A stretch of DNA of 64,000 nt, from NCBI GenBank assembly GCA_900088475.1, contig FLMG01003436.1, forward strand, positions 1-64,000. Reading direction: 5' to 3'. The stretch's first letter is position 1. Every line of letters begins with the position of its first letter. Position numbers and translations under genes: made by a program. Below are positions 61,690-64,000 of the stretch, piece by piece. The DNA comes from Hyphochytrium catenoides (lineage: Eukaryota > Protista > Hyphochytriomycota). The notes below the pieces were generated by a model. The model saw only the letters and a program-made list of their open reading frames with translations. It did not search any database and was not told the DNA's origin.

Positions 61690-63346
61690 ATGCCGTCCTT
61701 CTTAAGATTCCTAAGAGTGGCCAGGCCTCTGGACGGTCAATGGCAACAGGTGGATATGATATGTAGCATATCTGTAGCTAGTCACTGATTCTCTCCATGA
61801 TTCTCAGGTCCGGAGATCAAGAGTAGCCCGTCTGGCGTTCGGTGGGGCTAGTTTAGGCATTGGATTTGCTTCAGGAATAGCTTCATGTGACAACAATAGG
61901 ACCCGACCAGGTGAGTTGCTGAGGTTGCTCTGTCATCACATTCAAAGATCTTTAAGGCTTTATTGTCTGCAGAGGAGTCGGAATGCTGGCAAGACCTCTT
62001 CTACGTGGCACCATCCTCCGAATCCAGCATCAAGGTAACCACTTTCAAGATTGTAGGCATGTCAGCAAATGTCCCTCAGTGCCCTTCTCTTCCTTTCTCC
62101 CAGATCTTCTCAGGAACTGCAAACCCACAACTAGCCACTGAGATCGCAATGCATTTAGGTACCCAGGTAGGGACTTCTANNNNNNNNNNNNNNNNNNNNN
62201 NNNNNNNNNNNNNNNNNNNNNNNNNNNNNNNNGAGATTCAAGTCAACATCCACGACAATATTCGTGGGAAGAAGGTCTACATCGTCCAACCCACTTGCCC
62301 ACCAGTTGATCAGCACTTGGTGGAGCTTCTTCTTATGATTACTGCTATGAGACGGGCCTCTGCCAAAGAGATTACAGCTGTCATTCCCTACTTTGGGTAC
62401 TCTCGAAGCACTCAAAGTCTAGCCGGTCATAAGACAGTTGCCGCTTCGGACGTGGCCAGGATGCTAGAAGTTGCAGGTGTTGACCGAGTTGTCGCCGTAG
62501 ACTTACACAGAGGACAGATCCAGGTGACTCCATTAACTCTCTATGTCGTGTGACCCCATCTGATCCGATCTTAACTTTGAAGTCTTTACTTGTTTACTAG
62601 GGCTTCTTTTCGCCAAAGGTTCCCGTGGATAACCTGGACATTTCAGGAGTTGCAGTGCCATACTTCCATACAAAGTACCTGAGGGCCCCGGTGGTCGTCT
62701 CTCCTGATGCCAATGGTAGCCTCTACGGACACTCTTAGAGCTGGCGGCACTGCTGATCTTTTACTATGCGTAGGGACTCAGAGGGCCAAGAGCTTCAGAG
62801 ATCGACTTCTGAATCACGGTATGGACGCTAGCTTTGCAGTGGTGGTAGACTCAAAATCTCCTGCGGACGATGAAGACGTGAAATACAGGAAACAAGGACA
62901 TATCGCTGGGTCAAGCGAAGGAAAGGATTCAAAGGTATGGCTGCTGTGGGCCCCCGTAGGCCCCTGCTCTATATGGTTGCAGTCTTCGTCTCTAACAATG
63001 TGCCCCACATTAGACGTACGAGCTGGTGGGTGATGTCAAGGGCAAAGATGTGATCATCCTTGATGACATTGTAGATTCAGGGAGAAGAATCTCCCGCACT
63101 GCTGAGCTTCTGAAGCAGAGAGGCGCCAAGCGAATCTTCGCCTTCGCTACACATGGGCTTTTCACTGGCAGCGCGATCTCCATCATTGAGAAGTCGCCAG
63201 TCATTGAAATGATTGTGCTGAACACGGTTCCATTAGACCGATCTCAGACTTCCCCAAAAATCTTGCAGCTCTCCGCCTCTGCACTTCTGGCAGAGACCAT
63301 CCGAAGAATACATGGCAAGTCTAGTGTCAGCGAATTGATGAGATGA
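61690..63346 (+). CDS. PRPS: Ribose-phosphate pyrophosphokinase (PRPS)-family protein with an N-terminal targeting-like extension and divergent catalytic motifs
   Basis: IFSGTANPQLATEIA, IRGKKVYIVQPT, ELLLMITAMRRASAKEITAVIPYFGY, VDLH..QIQ|GFF, VVSPDA, LVGDVKGKDVIILDDIVDSG, FATHGLF, LAETIRRIH..SVS. The start is inferred from phase-consistent upstream exons. Confidence 0.88.
62180..62232. other. Assembly gap (53 N) inside the PRPS gene
   Basis: Run of N; hides the region normally encoding the F.DGE motif. Confidence 1.
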
Positions 63347-63386
63347 TAGTTTCTTTATTGTATGAGCTGGTAACACCCGATCAGGT

Positions 63387-63811
63387 CTAATAATATACTC
63401 CCGCTTGCTTTCGCTTGAGACGTGCTTCAGTTCCTGCCGAGTCTCCTACAAGCTCAATGGGACCTCTCGGAACTTTCTCTGCCTTCCCTTCCATTAAGAG
63501 CAGATTATGGTAGCGCGTGCGCCTCGAGACCTTAAGATTGTCAATCACCTTACTTTCAAGACAGCATTTCATTTTTATAAATGGAAATGAAGAAGAGTGT
63601 TGGTCAATGTGAAGAGAGGCTAGGAATTTTTATAGAGCAAAGCCCGACTTTTCTTTCGTTCGACCTCTTCACTAGGGAACTCATTTCCTTCAACCGCGCC
63701 AAGAAGTGTCCATTAAGACTTTACTTCTGTTGTAGGAACCTTCCAGTACCTTTTTCAAGTATGGCTCTTTCTGCAAATCCCAGGCTTCTTATTATTAGTT
63801 CTTTCCTTCTA
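63387..63811 (-). CDS. Possible 3' exons of a gene entering from beyond the window
   Basis: Acceptor-like CATAG with upstream CTAAC, exon-like RKELIIRSLGFAERAILEK, and a terminal ORF ...EARLKRKQAGVYY-TAG convergent with PRPS. I could not join the exons in phase. Confidence 0.3.
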
Positions 63812-64000
63812 TGAACAGGTTAGGGAGCATGAAAGGCTGAAGATGGTCAGTCGTGATAGGGAGGAGAATGGGTGTTCGTCTATCTTGAGAGGAACACATG
63901 GCACGAGCGCATAGTATTGCAGGGGAACGAAAGAAATATCTACGTCGGACTTAGCAGGCAGTCTTTGTGGTGGGCGTGGAACTGCAGTTGAACTTCAGCA

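Noticed and set aside
62161-62240. Apparent frame or length anomaly in PRPS near the F.DGE motif
   Set aside because: It coincides with the 53-N gap, so it cannot be interpreted; the pseudoenzyme argument uses only sequenced motifs.
1-64000. CRISPR arrays, rRNA, tRNA, operons, prophage or a non-standard genetic code
   Set aside because: None seen; the in-frame stops I examined in conserved genes are explained by spliceosomal introns under the standard code.

Overview
Eukaryotic, intron-rich genomic DNA (~50% GC, introns mostly 50-350 nt, GT-AG plus a few GC-AG), probably from a stramenopile protist; the taxon call is inference from an oomycete-type C-x-Y...C...HR..AN..QR zinc-binding motif and the gene repertoire. 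I hand-spliced about 13 genes: sulfotransferase (+), p24-delta/TMED10 (-), kinesin-3-like motor (+), a hypothetical protein (-), an ~11 kb armadillo-repeat gene (-), an IQ/Sfi1-like/zinc-finger protein (+), a type I membrane protein (-), an intronless zinc-finger putative transcription factor (-), a CID + CCCH RNA-processing factor (+), UBE2S (-), a large NZF-ankyrin-HECT E3 ligase (+), RTEL1 with a C-terminal C3HC4 RING (-), and a PRPP-synthetase-family gene (+). No rRNA, tRNA, CRISPR or intact transposon was found. Most interesting: (1) a single-pass membrane protein whose cytosolic tail ends in a beta-adaptin appendage-like domain; (2) a TRIP12/HECTD1-type HECT ligase with three N-terminal NZF fingers, lacking the conserved -4 Phe, head-to-head with UBE2S; (3) a PRPS homolog with degenerate catalytic motifs and a mitochondrial-type leader; (4) an Nrd1/SCAF-type CID fused to TIS11-type CCCH fingers. 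All exon structures are manual predictions without RNA evidence or database searches.
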